From assembly GCF_022045235.1 (NCBI RefSeq), contig NW_027266276.1, positions 186,001 through 250,000 on the forward strand: 64,000 nt of DNA, in the 5' to 3' direction. Both the position numbers and the translations under genes were made by a program. Positions within the stretch are counted from its first letter, which is position 1, and the number at the start of each line of letters is the position of its first letter. Below the pieces are notes generated by a model that worked only from the letters and a program-made list of their open reading frames with translations, did not search any database and was not told the DNA's origin. This stretch comes from Haliotis cracherodii. Its lineage: Eukaryota. This document shows, piece by piece, positions 24,008 to 37,562 of the stretch.

Positions 24008-25424
24008 TACTGAACAACAAAAGTTCCTGTGATATTGAATAAGATTTAATGCAAAGTTATGATTTTTTACCAAATCTGAAACAATTTCGGTTTGCAACAG
24101 ATAAAAGACTCCTGTAAGTGTTCAAATGGTTTAATTTGCCATACTGACTTCAGCAAATGTGTGATTTCCTAAAAAAACATGAACATGCCAAAATGTCAAT
24201 TTACAAATCAATAGCGTGTGTGTCCACCTCTGGTTGCGATGCAAGCAACACATCTTCGTCTCATGGAATGGACCAGGCGTCGCACAAAGTCCTCTTGGAT
24301 ATCTGTCCATATCTGCTGGAGCATGTCTCATCCCACACGTGCTCGATTGGTGAGAGATCAGAAGAGCAAGCCGGCCAGGGGATGACATTCACGTTTTGTT
24401 GAAGAGAATCCTGAACAAGTCGAGCAATAAGGGGCCGGGCATTGTCATGTTGAAAGGTAATGCCTGGGCCATGACGATGCAAAAACAGTAGAACAACGGC
24501 AAAAATGGATGATCTCATCGCGGTAGCGCTGTCCATTGAGATTACCCTCTACCACTATCAAACAGGTCCTCTGTCTTGCTGTAATCCCACCCCATACCAT
24601 AACACTGCCGCCCCCGGACCGATCTTCTTCCATGACACAATGATTGACGTAACGTTCACCTCGATGTCGGTACACTCAAAGCCGTCCATCGCTGTGCCTG
24701 AGGGGAAAACTCGTCAGTGAAAAGAACTTGTCCCCACTGCATGGCCGTTCAGCATAGACGCTGTCTGCACCACTGTAGACGTGCTTGAAGGTGGTTTCCT
24801 GTCAAAATGGAATGCCTGGTGGGTCTTCTGGCGACAATCCCTGAATATCTGAGGCGACGACGTACGGTTTGTGAAGATATTCGTCGAAGGCAAGGGATGC
24901 TTCTTGCAGTCACTGTTGCTGGCTGGAATCGATTTTGTAGGTGTGTTGTTTTAATCCAGTTGTCTTGTCGATTATTGGTTACGCTTGGTCTGCCACTCCG
25001 AGGATGGTCTCTGACTGCATTCGTCTGTTGCCAACGTTGCCATAAACACCAAATGGTGTTTCTGTGGACATTAAATTGTCTTGCAACATCGATCCTGCTT
25101 CAAGCATGCCAATGGCTCGCAGACTCTCATTTTCGGACAGGCATGGCATTTCGTAATGTTGAATAATTGCGTAATTTTGTCATTTGTCTGAGTGTTTGTT
25201 GTCAGCACAATGCTAAACAATGCATATGGAATCCCATTCTTGGGCAGTGAAATGTATGGGGCTTGCATAAAAGTCAACTTTTGCATGGAATGCATGCTTT
25301 TTCTGTAGCAGTTGCGTTTTTGTGACTTGATTCCATACATGTACTACAATATTGAAAACCAAACTTTACTTGTTTGAAAAATACACTAAAATATTGGTGT
25401 CACAGGAACTTTTGCTGTTGAGTT
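24008..25424 (-). mobile_element. Tc1 DNA transposon with degenerate transposase
   Basis: TIRs tactgaacaacaaaagttcctgtga / tcacaggaacttttgctgttgagtt with TA flanks. Motifs GGGSVMVWGGI, FQHDNARP, WPACSSDLSPIEHVWD. Confidence 0.9.
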
Positions 25425-27844
25425 TATATCTATCTATATCTATCTCTATCTATACATATACATATATAACAAAGTATGAGTTATCTAGAATAACTGTCAT
25501 AAAATAATCTTCCGATTATCTGTACAATATTTCAGTGTTACCAAGATGACGATCTGTCTCATATTGCCGATACAACTCACAAGTCCCTGTTCAGTTCCGA
25601 GAAAGATTCCAAAATGAAGATGCTGCGTTCATTTGGTTCAATTTGGGATCAACGTCTTCGATCTTCCTTACTGGTCCATTAACAATCGTCAGAGCCTTAT
25701 TGAGTTGCGCAGAGTCAAGAGACAAAAGTACTTGGTACTATACCTTTGGATGCCATGGACCTCGCGTACCTTGTAGCATCTGAGCAACCAGCTACCTCTC
25801 GCCATAGATCTCGCACTGTGACGCTCCTGTTCTTTCAAGTACTGATGGTATGAATGGCAAATATTTTTTCACCTTTTCCTTAGTCGCCGCATCTAAGGCC
25901 CCCTTATTAGGGTCCCATAGGACCCTCACATCTCTTACCGAGTCTGGGTTCAGACAATACTGCCCAGCCATGGAGCTCGGCAGCGGTCGGTACGGCTGTG
26001 CATATCTTGTTGTGTTATTTGATTCAGCTCCGTTTGCCCACTGACATGTCCAAGCGTCTCTGTATGAAAACCACACTGCCTGCACTTCACATCAGCTGTC
26101 GCATGTCCCCAATGCAGCGTCTCCCTAGTGGGTTAGGTGTTGGTGAACAGCTTAATAGCCAGTGAGTACTCGGACTTGGAAAGGGTCTCCCCCTGTAACC
26201 ACCAGTTCGATGCTTTATTGTTCCTCTGTAGACATGTGCCTAGCCCTTGGACTGAATAGGCGTACCAGGCCATCCTTTGTTTGTTACAACACCAGTTTCG
26301 GACTTGATGGCCCTTGAGTTTTGCAGCGCACTCAGGAAGCCCCCATTTATCTACCAGTCGTATAAGGCACTCCTCCGCAATGATCTCTTCATTGATTGTA
26401 TGCAACAGATCTTTAGAGTAAATAACCTGACTTTTTGATTGCACAATGCTAAATGGAACCATGTACCAAAGACAAGGGAGACCTAATCCTCCGTCTCTAC
26501 TACAGGTGTAAAGAAAAGCCGATGCAACTGTTGGATGAAGGTGACTTTATTTTTCACAATGTTGTCCAAGCGATCGAGCAACACATAAGCAGGTGGGTGT
26601 CTCGTGTCCCAGTGTCGCGAGAGAATATTGGAGACGGGTAATCACGTACTTGGTGAGGAGGCACACTTTTTGGCCGGGTTTAAGCGGCACTCCGGATATG
26701 CCTTTGCACCATTTGATCAGCGAATGGGTCTAGGTCTTCCTGTGGTCCCTACCCACAGATCTACACCAGCGCCAAGGTACTCATAATATCTCAGAGTTGC
26801 CAATCAACTTGCCGGGAACAGGGTAACCAGTAAGATCAACTGCAAGGGTGCAAGCAGTGTTAATCTGCTTACACCCTTGGTAGACTACCTCATACTTGTC
26901 TAGTATCATGGCTTCACGACTTTTCCATTTTTGTGTCCGGGGGACAGCCACCTGACGAACCCATTTTCTTCTAAATTTCTCTGCTATTCTGCCTTCCTTT
27001 GGAATGTGACATGGCCATGACCTTAAACTAAAACCTCCTAAATATCCCACGCTCATACACTCGTTACTCCCACACTGCCCACACAGCTTGCTCACACTCT
27101 CATCATCTCTCATACAGCTTCCATATTTCCGCCACTATCGTACTCCTAGTTCCTATCTATAATCTATTACCTAGGCATACATAATAAACATGATAGGACA
27201 CATTCAATCGAAATATAATTGTACCAATGCTGCTACGCAACTGAACAAGTTCACTTGTAACTGTAGCAATTATTTCAACACATTTACAATTCAAGTATAT
27301 ACCCCTGTTCACTTCTTTTGAACCACAGTCTACCTCAAGATGTTACGCATGTCATCGATCCCAATTGCGTGGATCGATGCTCATGATATCAATCACTGGA
27401 TTGTCTGGTCCAGATTCGATTACTTACAGACCACCGTCATATAGCTGGAATATTGCTGAGTTCAACAACAAACAAACAAACAATCATACATACATATAAG
27501 CCTGTCACAAAGCCGGCTCTTTCTGATGGTGAGCAGCCCTTACACCTTGAGTGCCCCGAGCTACGCCCTCACATCACTTGACCATGAGCTGCATCCAAAC
27601 GTCTTGCTACGAGTCCCGTGCCAGTCCAAGCTACGAGTCCCGGACACTACACAACCAAAGACACATTACTAACAGTGTCTGATACCATTCCTATAACAAC
27701 CAAGAATGGGTTTACACACATAATGGAGTAACTTACATATGGTAAGCTGACATTGTTTTACTCAAACAAGTTTTTCAACATGCAGAGAGTATAATATCCA
27801 GCTTAAACCTACGCCAATGACGAGGTTATTTACATACAAATGTG

Positions 27845-27970
27845 CCTTGCTCAAATAACCTTTGTCAACTGCACTGACCCCGACTTACTGCAGGCAGAGT
27901 TACTTTGCTCAAATAACCTTCATCAACTGCACTGACCCAAACTTACCGCAGGCAGACTTACTTTGCTCAC
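27845..27970. repeat. About 58-bp tandem repeat, 2 copies
   Basis: ttgctcaaataacctt..tcaactgcactgaccc..acttac.gcaggcaga repeated. Confidence 0.7.
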
Positions 27971-28519
27971 CCAGAGGTACAGTTACAGTGACAGGAAACT
28001 ACATGTTGTAGTTAGAACTTATAAAGTGATGTTTACGTACTATTGGACAGGACGTACTACATTGGCACCGAAGCGAGGCTCATATGTACGACTTTGTGAG
28101 GTATAGACTGTATACAAAATTATGTAAATTCCAATCTCAAATGACATACTGCATATAATCACAAATTATTAAAGAAGACATAATACGTATCAACAATACA
28201 ATCAATAAAAGTATAACACTCACACCACGAAAGCCAGGGACATCACACAAACCGCAGGGTCTAACCAAGACACACAGTCCAGACACACAGACCAACCTGG
28301 TCAACATTTCTCCAGTGACTTCCCAGCATTAAGATTCAAATAAATGGTTATATGTACAAATCAAGCAAAGCATGCAAGCCCGTCCACTCACTTCAACCAG
28401 CTTACATAACTTCATGCTCATAATCACTTACAGTTCAACCACTCTTGTCAGACCACTCTCCAGCACACAACCCATACATACAGTCAAACCAAATTAAAAT
28501 GACATTGTGATCTTGACAG

Positions 28520-29700
28520 CGTGCACTGGTATTGGACAAAGTGTTGAGAGATACGACGGTGTTGATCTTCAGTGATTTGTCAATATGTGTTTATAGAATG
28601 TATATTTTTGTGCCCAGACACTTGCATTATTTGGTGGGCTGGAACGACGCCCTTTCTGGACAGTGATTGTATCATGTGTTTCCTAGCACTGTGATTACTA
28701 ATGCGTTTGTCAGATGAAATGTTGGCTTTTGAAGCCACGTTTTTCATTAGTGCACCATGGCTGCCTTTTGAACCGAGACTTGCCAGATTTGGGACACCCT
28801 CTTGTGTTTGCTGCAAGATAGAATGAATCTTCCCTTCCCTGAAAAATTGCTGGGTCTTAAGTCGGGGAACACCTTATACACGTTGACTGGACAACGTGAG
28901 GGGTCATCGGGTTGGGCTCAGGCCCTAGGTGTCACAACAGTAACACCCACGGGGTCGTCTCCGGTTCGGTTTTGGATTGCCGTTCAACATACTCAATGAA
29001 TTCATGATTATCAGAATCTGGTTTCAACTGAACATCCCCCCCAAGTCATTCTTCTGTGTGGAGTTATTGACTGTAGACCGCAAAAATTGTATTGTTCCAC
29101 CATAGAGTGTTTAATATGTATTCAGGTGTGTTAGTGCCAAGCTGGCCTGCATCTCGGAATTGTTTTATTTCACTGTTGGAAATAGGTTCCTCCCTATAAG
29201 GTAGGTTAACCCTTTACCTGTTTTTTGTTTTTTTGTTTTTGACTTGATGACATCCCGCATTTTGGAAAATTCAATTGAATCTGAAAGTGAGAAGCCATAA
29301 TCTTTGTGTTTTAAGTGACAATCTAAACTGCCCCTGAATCCAATGAGTGAGCTTGTTTTGTACTCGGAACCATCCTGTTTCCTAACGCCAGTGAAAACCT
29401 CGCACATGATCGTGTAAAAATGAGTGGGAGGGATAACTTCGATTGGGCATTGCTCATTCAGCTTTTCTGAAAGAAACTGTTTGACAACTCGCATGTTGAG
29501 TATACTTTTTATCGGGTTTGCATTTTCATTTTCTGCCAGAAATTTGTCAAAGTCGCCATCATGTACATCAACAAATCAACATCAGGGATGTTATTTGTGT
29601 CATCCAAGAAATCATTATCCATCAAATCATCCAAAAATGATTGATTTAGACCAAAATGTTGGCGAGTGGCAGACATTGAAGTCACGGTTTCAGGAATCAT
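28520..29700 (-). pseudogene. Crypton-type tyrosine recombinase (DUF3504-like) remnant
   Basis: SNHSARK...IMQVSGHKNIHSINTY (HxxR, H, Y catalytic motifs) and VRKQDGSEYKTSSL...LDCHLK upstream. Frames are broken. Confidence 0.8.
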
Positions 29701-30279
29701 GAGTAGTCTATAACAAGGGACTTGTCGCTCACCCATGTCAGTTTTTACCACAAAGACGTTGAAACTGGTCAATGGGTGTATTATGTTCCCTACTCTTCCA
29801 ACCAATTATCCGTTAATCTTCACAATATCGTTCATTTTTATCAGGGACAACAAAGTCGCCATTGTTGTTTACATGTAGGAATAGCCTCTGATGCCAACAG
29901 GCAGAGTAACAAGCCACCACACTTCATTGTCCCCTCGATATAAGAACGGAAGCGCTTATACGACTTCCAGGGTATGGAAATGATCACCTTTCTTTGTACT
30001 GTACAATCTTTCAGCACAAGGAATTATCTATGTTCAGCCTTAACGACTAAATACGTCAATATTTTAATTCATCCCATGACAAATCTGTCGGCCTTAGATA
30101 ATGAGGCACCTCCCTTCATGGTCACCTCAAAATAAGAATGGGAGTGCTTACATGGCACTCTGGTACATCAATGTCTCTTGTGAATGGTTGAGGAGCGGGT
30201 TGATTTTGTCTACATGGGATTTGTCTGATGAAGACATTTTCCAAGTATCATCATGGCACAACACGATCAGAGACCGGCT

Positions 30280-30930
30280 TACACTTTGTCAGTGGCAAAT
30301 GCTCCTGGGATTGCTCACGTCAGCCCAGGATGTGACAAGCTGAGGTCGACAACACTTGGTCCGATCCAACAGTTCCTGGCACCTTTCTTTAGAGGTCAGG
30401 ATCCTTGGCCTATCTGTTGCTCTACCCCCTTACCTCAGGAGTCATTTCAGCTGGTGGACAGTAGAGTCGAACATCTTAGGACGCATCTTCTTAACAGAGT
30501 TATCCCGGATGTCCCACCTGTTTGTAGACACCTCTACAGGTTGGTCCTGTGCACTTGGCATATCAACAACTCAGAGTTGAAGGCGCTCAGGCCTTATCAC
30601 ACTGGCAGGAGCACCTCCAGTACACTCAACTCGCCATCTCCACCAACAACCTCATGGTGGCCTGGTGCCTGCACCATCAGGGGACGACACACTCTCACTC
30701 CCTCCTTCAACAGACATTCCGGTTCTTGCATCTGGTAGATCGGCATGGCATACGTGTCCTGGTCCAGCACATTCCTTGATGTTGGACCATTTGGGCCAGA
30801 CAGGGTAGCTCCCTCAGAATGGAAGCTTCCTCCTGAGGTTTTCATCTCGTGTGTAAGTGCCTAGGTCATCCCAACATTGCCCATGTTGCCACTTGCCAGA
30901 ACTACCAGATTGCATCTTTTGTCTCCCCGA
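30280..30930 (-). repeat. Interspersed repeat also at about 60040-60670; probable retroelement coding remnant
   Basis: Long alignable block (agaggtcagga.ccttggcctatctgttgctc...cagggtagctccctcagaatggaagctt). No diagnostic domain recognised. Confidence 0.6.
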
Positions 30931-31404
30931 TCCCAGACTGACTCATCTTAAGAGCGCAAGGGGCAATATTGAACAGGGTTGCTTTGGCACATTGACCTTT
31001 GACTCGAGACCTTTATGATGATAGGTGGCATTCCTCTGGAACCTTTTGTAAAGGAAAGGACCTGGACCCCACAACTGTGTCGCCTCAATTCTTTGCTGAA
31101 TACGTCCCTTATCTGCATACCAAGCCACACCTGAGAGTAGTGGTGTCTATTAAGCCAAAAAGACTATTGCACTATCAATAACTATTGCAAACAACTATTG
31201 CAATAACTGTTGTCAACCATTACTCCATCCTTTGGGATGAAATATTTTAACAATCAATAAAACATTTGAAACTTTACCATGTTTTGTTTTATTTTTGAAC
31301 AGTAAACAATACCAATCATACCAAAATGTGAAACAAAACTCTCTCATGGTAGAATAAGAACTTATTTCACTGCTGATTTAACTTGAAAAACAATGTTAGC
31401 ACTA

Positions 31405-32952
31405 CAGTCTGTTTGACTCCAAATGAGAACGATGAATTGCAAAATAACTGGAAATCCAGAAAAGTGTGAACAACAAAATCTGAATTTTGTTTAATTTAAG
31501 ACCCATGACTAATGAAGTTCTTTAAGAAACTATCATGTAATTTTGTATAGAAATGTGTACATGACACGTAGGGAGACAAACCGTGGAAGGCACAGCGCAA
31601 GCACGGTCTGCACGTGCTACACAGTGACCGTGTTCATTCAATGACAAGATGCGCTACTCAGCAGATGTTAAACAGTTGATGTTGAATGTGTATGATTTCT
31701 TTAGAAGTGAAGCAGAAAGAGCAAAGCCTTTTTATGCAATTAATAAATTCTTGAAACGAGCTTCAAAAGCTCTTGGTATGTCCCCTCAGAAACTTAAAAA
31801 TGTTGTTTGTCGACGAGATACAAATAGTCAGGCCAAGGCGGTAGGGAACATGTCAAAACCACGCAAGGTTGATAAATTAGACAGTTTTCAGAGGGATCAA
31901 GTCATGAGACATGGGTAAATGTGTCACACACAGCCAGCAGACAGTGGGTACCCAGTGGTGACTGTAAGGAGTCTGGTAGAAAGTTACCAATGGGAAAGGG
32001 TGAAAGACTCATAGTTCTCCATGCTGGTTCTGCTAGTCAGGGTTTTCTCCCAGACTGCCCCCTGTCTTTAGAGCCAAGGCCAAAGACAACAGGGACTACC
32101 ACACAGAAATGAATGGCAATGTATTTCTGGAGTGGTGAAAGATAAATTAGTCCCTGCTTTGCCTACCAAGTCTCTCATTGTCATGGACAATGCATCGTTT
32201 CTTGGCTGCAACGGAGGAACATTACCTTTCCTTCTCGAGCGACGAAACCACAGCTTCTCGAGCGATGAAATCATCAAAACTATGAAACCTGACCCCGTGT
32301 ATAAAGTTGACAGTTACATCAAGGGTCAGGGTCACGCTGTCTTAAGACTGCCACCTTATCACGGCGACCTGAATCCAATCGAGTTGGTATGGGACATCGT
32401 CAACGTCAAGGGTGACGTTGGACGATCGAACACAATGTTCAAATTACGAGACGTTGAACAACTTGTAAAGGAATCCCTTGGTCGGGTAACAGTGAAAACA
32501 TGGAGGCGTTGTGTGGCCACAGTCGTTGACGAGATAGAGCCACGTTATTGGTCACGAGATGGACTACGGCCAGCAACAGTCCAACCTATAATAGTGGCTG
32601 TCGGTTCAGGCACCAGCAGTTCCGACAACGAGATCTATGGCATGAGCGAGTCAGAATGTGACTGAAATTATCATGAGATGGCCCCTCTAACGCTCTGTCG
32701 TTTCCCCTACCACAGAACTGCAGTGCATGCGCTGTGCCTTCCACGGTTTGTCCCCCTTACGTGTCATGTACACATTTCTATACAAAATTACATGATAGTT
32801 TCTCAAAGAACTGGGTCTTAAAATAAACAAAATTCAGATTTTGTTTGGTACAGGGTATTCATGGTCAAGTACCGTATTGATGTTTCATACACTTTTCTGG
32901 ATTTCGAGTTTATTTTGCAATTCATCGTTCTCATTTGGAGTCAAACGGACTG
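31405..32952 (+). mobile_element. IS630-Tc1-mariner transposon, Sailor(DD82E)-like, with ~210-bp TIRs and an internally deleted transposase
   Basis: TIRs cagtctgtttgactccaaatgag... / ...ctcatttggagtcaaacggactg with TA flanks. Motifs GKGERLIVLHAG, DYHTEMN, IVMDNAS, LRLPPYHGDLNPIELVW. Confidence 0.85.
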
Positions 32953-33378
32953 TAGTTAGCACTATATATTACTTTTCCAATGACACGATGATTCCTCCAT
33001 CGCAGACAACATTATCAGCTGATCACCGCCATCATGTAACACCGGAAATACCAGTCAACAAATCCGAACTGAAGTATGCAAATATGTTTTATTAATAATA
33101 TTCCAATTGTCATTCAATAATTATATTAATGTTTACAATAATTCCAGCAAAATCCTATGCGAAGTGATCGGTAGATCGCACAACTCACCGTTATTTACAA
33201 CAACCACGTTCAGATTACCACTATTGATGCATTGAAACGAACTTTAGTTGCAAGAGTATGAATACACATATCATAAATGCCGTACCATGACTCACTAAAA
33301 GTCATTTATAGTTGTAGCTGCCACTATATATAAACTCACATGCAAAAGAAACGCAAGTCGAGTATGCAGTAAACAGGT

Positions 33379-34657
33379 TAACTAAGACAAAATTGTTATG
33401 GATGAGCAACTTCTTAATTACAATTGGGCGACGTTTCGGTGTAGATTCTAACACCGTTATCAAGCAAATGATGTACAAACTAGGTATGAGCATAATATAT
33501 ATACATAACAATAGATAGATGTTTATATAACAGATAAGGTTGAAGTACACTGATTGATAGGTAGTTATGATAAACAAGTTTATACAAGAGATAGGGTTGA
33601 TGTACAGTGATTAATGGGTATGGGATTAACACAAGGATTACTAAGAAGGAATCTAACCACCCACCACAAGTCAAGAGAGGCATCATCTCCACCCTAGCCA
33701 GACGAGGCAAAAACATCTCCTCCACGCCCCAACTCCTTGAAGCCGAACTCAACCTTCTCCGCACTGTCTTCACCAGTTACAACAATTACCCTGTCAAGTT
33801 AGTCAACCAAACCATCAATAGCACCCTCTACACCAGTGATAAACCTCCCTGCCAACAAACAGCCCCTTTCGTCATCAGCCTGCCCTACATAGGAACTACA
33901 AGCCATCAGATCCGCAGACTACTTAAACGTGAAGCCAATATAGATGTTCTGTTCCAGAGAGGCCAGAGAATTCAGAACCTCCTCAATGCCACAGGTAAAC
34001 CACCAAGCACACGCCACCAAGATCCAGCTGGTGTTGTGTACCATATAGAGTGTGAATGTGGTGACTAATATGTAGGTGAAACTTCAAGACCTCTCAACCA
34101 ACGCTTAAAAGAACATCATACCTCTGTCCCAAAAAAAGACTCTAAATCTGCTATCTCTGACCACACCCAAATCCACCCCAGCCTCAATATTAAGTGGGAC
34201 AACGTCAACATCTTAACAACAAACCAGAAAGACTTCAAGCTCAGAAAATTTAGAGAAGCCATTTACATCAAAAGAATTCAGCCAGCCATAAACAGAGATC
34301 AAGGATACTACATCCCTCCAGCTTACCATGATCTCATCAGCTCGCCAAAACAAAACAATTATCTCCCCACTGGCTTCCCATACATTGCTTCTTAGTAATC
34401 CTTGTGTTAATCCCATACCCATCAATCACTGTACATCAATCCTATCACTTGTAAAAACTTGTTTATCATAACTACCTATCAATCAGTGTACTTCAACCTT
34501 ATCTGTTATATAAACATCTATCTATTGTTATGTATATATATTATGCTCATACCTAGTTTGTACATCATTTGCTTGATAACGGTGTTAGAATCTACACCGA
34601 AACGTCGCCCAATTGTAATTAAGAAGATGCTCATCCATAACAATTTTGTCTTAGTTA
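33379..34657 (+). mobile_element. 5'-truncated Penelope-like element (RT C-terminus and GIY-YIG) with inverted pseudo-LTR
   Basis: SNHPPQVKRGII, SLPYI, GVVYHIECECGD*YVGETSRPLNQRLKEH. About 270-bp inverted repeats at 33379-33648 and 34388-34657. Confidence 0.9.
34569..34612 (+). ncRNA. Candidate minimal hammerhead ribozyme variant in the Penelope pseudo-LTR (mirror copy at about 33424-33467, minus strand)
   Basis: UUGAUAA-C-GGUG...CACC-GAAAC-GUC: core with U3:A8 replacing C3:G8, stem II GGUG/CACC, minimal stem III. Stem I is weak. Confidence 0.5.
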
Positions 34658-34855
34658 CCATCCCAACTTCTAAATGCCACTCAAAGAAGTATACATGTTG
34701 TTTATTTTCAACAGTAAAAACAAGAAATACTAATAGGGCAAGATTGACAAAAATCTGACTGAAGACAGTTAAATGGATTAAAAGGCAGATGACATAATCG
34801 TTTTTTTCAAATGTTAAGAGCTTACACAGTTTTTGGTCAATACCCAAAATGTCAG

Positions 34856-35600
34856 TCAATACCTGGTCTGACCACCATTAGCATTGATCACTGCCACACA
34901 TCTCCTGTACATTGAGTGGATCAGACAATTTGTGAAGGCCCTAGGGATCCTCCTGCACACATCCAGAGCAGCTGTGCGTAGTTCATCGGCAGTTGTAGGG
35001 ACTGGGGGCACATTGTGCAGACGCCTTTGAACCTCATCCCACAAGTGTTCGATGGGGTTCAGATCAGGGCTGAGGGCTGGCCACGGTAGAACACGGATGT
35101 TGTGTTGTTGCAGAAAGACCATGGTAGCTCTGGCAATATGGGGACGAGCGTTGTCCTGCTGGAAAATGTGTTGTTGATGTTGTGCAAAAAATCGAACAAC
35201 ATGGGGTCTGATCACTTGGTCGATATACCGCTGAGCAGTGACGCCGTGTCCCCGACCTTGACCAACATTCAGAAAGCACATGGGTCCAAGTCTCGCATTA
35301 AGTCCGATCCCTGCCCATATCATGACGCTAGGTCCACCCCATGGATTCCTCTCCACAACGTTTCTGTCAGCGAAACGATCACCTCGACGCTGCCAAATTC
35401 TGACTCATTCGTCTGCATGGGAGACACAAAAGCGACTTTCATCAGAGGAGATGACATGCCTCCACTCACCGGGATGCCAATTGCAATGACCCTGTGCCCA
35501 CTGAAGTTGTGCTTGTCGATGCCGTGGTTGGAGAACAGGACGACGTGCTGGTCGGCGACATCTGAGGTTGTTGGAACGGAGACGTCGGATCACAGTGTAT
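34856..35600 (-). pseudogene. Tc1 transposase remnant
   Basis: WRHVISSDESRF, GGPSVMIWAGI, FQQDNARPH, WPALSPDLNPIEHLWD. Confidence 0.88.
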
Positions 35601-37454
35601 ATCACAGGATATTTTTTTTATGTATGGAACAATTTGAATAGTCACTGCAGGGGCTTCCCACGCTACATGTATTTTGATTGCGAAAACCTTATGTTGACAT
35701 TTACTGGTCAAACTGCCTCAAATTAACACGATTGGAATATATTATTCCTGATAAAATAATAATTTCAGACACAATTTCTTCCTATCATTGCATCAAAATT
35801 CTTTGAAGTTGTATCATTGGGTACCTTTTAATTGAATCACCGGTAGATTGGGAGGAAACATGTTCACAGCTGATTTGCTATTTCCGACTTAGTTAACGAG
35901 AAAATACACACAGTAATCTTAATTTCTGCATATAAAACAATGCCTTGGAGAGCAGGACATACATTTTAAATGATAAATCATTATGTCTAGTGATGTTTTA
36001 TATCAAATTTCATACTTTTATTGACCAAGTTTGTTATACCTGTTTATTTACCTGAATTCGTTGAAGGAATACGATGTGGTTTTTTTTTACAGCACATATT
36101 AATACTCGATAAATTGTTTTTTACACTATGAATCATTAATAACTTATATTTTAATATTTTTTTAAACTCTGAAAGATGTAACATAAATCGTGCAAGGTAG
36201 GCAGAACATGTATACTGTTTTCTTGGTCATCTACCACCTTCGACTCGACCTTCGTTAAACTGCTGATCATCTATAACGCTCGTCAATTATTTATACCCCG
36301 AAGGTAGCGTTGTAGCAAGGGATCACTGTATTGTGTGCTATTCAATCAGAATACGTTTTCAGCTTTTCATAAAGACAACACTAAAGTGTTATGAAATAAA
36401 ATAAGTATGTACACTATTGAAACTATCAATATTCAACTCTTAAATTGACAGTATCGATTGCAAAACGTGACGTCCATTGATAAATTGATATTGGGGCACT
36501 CACTATTGCAATACATCGATAGTCTGATGTATCGTTGCACCCCAACTGAAAGGTAAACTAAAAGTGGAGTAGCGGGTATGCAATTAAATGTAACCAAATT
36601 AATGAACTGAGATAAACAGATGAGGACACTAGACTGCACATAACCCAACTTAAGACCCAGGACTGGCAAGCAAGTTCTTTGCTTTGAATAATCATCTAAA
36701 TCAAAGTATAAGCTAAAATTATATAGACATGCTTTGTTACAGTACTGGTTAGTGTTTATCTTAGAAACATTTTGACAAGTAACTTTTTGTGGTCCAACAA
36801 TCTGTTATCATGCAAAGGGAGATGCCATGAAGCCATGCTACTTCATTAATAAACCAAAATATTGACTTGGCATAACAACAACTTTCACCTACTGTTATCA
36901 GTCAAATTATTACATTGAACATATATTTGTTTGTAGGTTCATTGTATGTGGGTGTGGGTGCTTGTATTAGTCTGGACTGATGCCAATTTATAGTGCTAGC
37001 TCACTGAGATGCCATGCCACAGTTTAACATGAATACACCACTCAGACTCAGTATACTGACTCCGAGCTGACCAGTCCTTGTTTTCCTAATGTTTTCACTT
37101 TGGTGTACAATATACATCACATTCTAAAACACTGTTTTCCTGTAACTGAAATATGGTAAATGGTGCATGGTTCTGGTCAGTTGAAGTATTTCCTGTAACC
37201 TAAATTAAATATTAAAGACACAAGACCAAAGTTAAGTCTTCTAACAAATTCTTTTGAAAAATGGTATAATTGTTAATAATATCATAGAATTATTAAAAAT
37301 AACTATTTTGACCTAAAATTAACGTTTTGTCATGCTGACCCTTAAATGTTTGAAGCATGGAAAAGCCCTGCTCACATCCAGTTTTTATATGATACAATCA
37401 GTGTTTGCCTATTATCCTGTCTTCAGTAGTAATGTGTTTTAATGTGTGTTTCAG

Positions 37455-37562
37455 GAACTGACACTAAGGTCAAGCCAGAACTGGGCCAGGTACAAGGTCA
37501 TGACAAGGTATCAGCACAAATGGCAAGTACAACAGAGGGCAAGGTACAGACACAAGTGCAAG
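37455..37562 (+). CDS. Possible isolated 108-bp host exon (phase 1-1)
   Basis: gtgtttcag|...caag|gtaaac splice signals. Open frame TDTKVKPELGQVQGHDKVSAQMASTTEGKVQTQVQ. No homology recognised. Confidence 0.3.

Larger units (their letters stand above)
20308..27000 (-). mobile_element. R2 copy 3: older, diverged lineage, heavily deleted and interrupted by a MITE, a SINE and Tc1-type elements
   Basis: 20308-20635 aligns to 4783-5110. 21675-23400 aligns to the mid 3' UTR. Stop ttactggtccat at 25668. Endonuclease, RT thumb and Myb remnants at 25668-27000 (WWLQGETLSKSEYSLAIKL; KWKSREAMILDKYE). Confidence 0.88.
32965..36328. mobile_element. Second, interrupted copy of the 20638-21674 MITE family hosting Penelope and Tc1 fragments
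   Basis: 32970-33305 matches 20720-21115. 35730-36010 matches 21320-21600. Right TIR caagggatcactg|ta at about 36316-36330. Confidence 0.7.
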
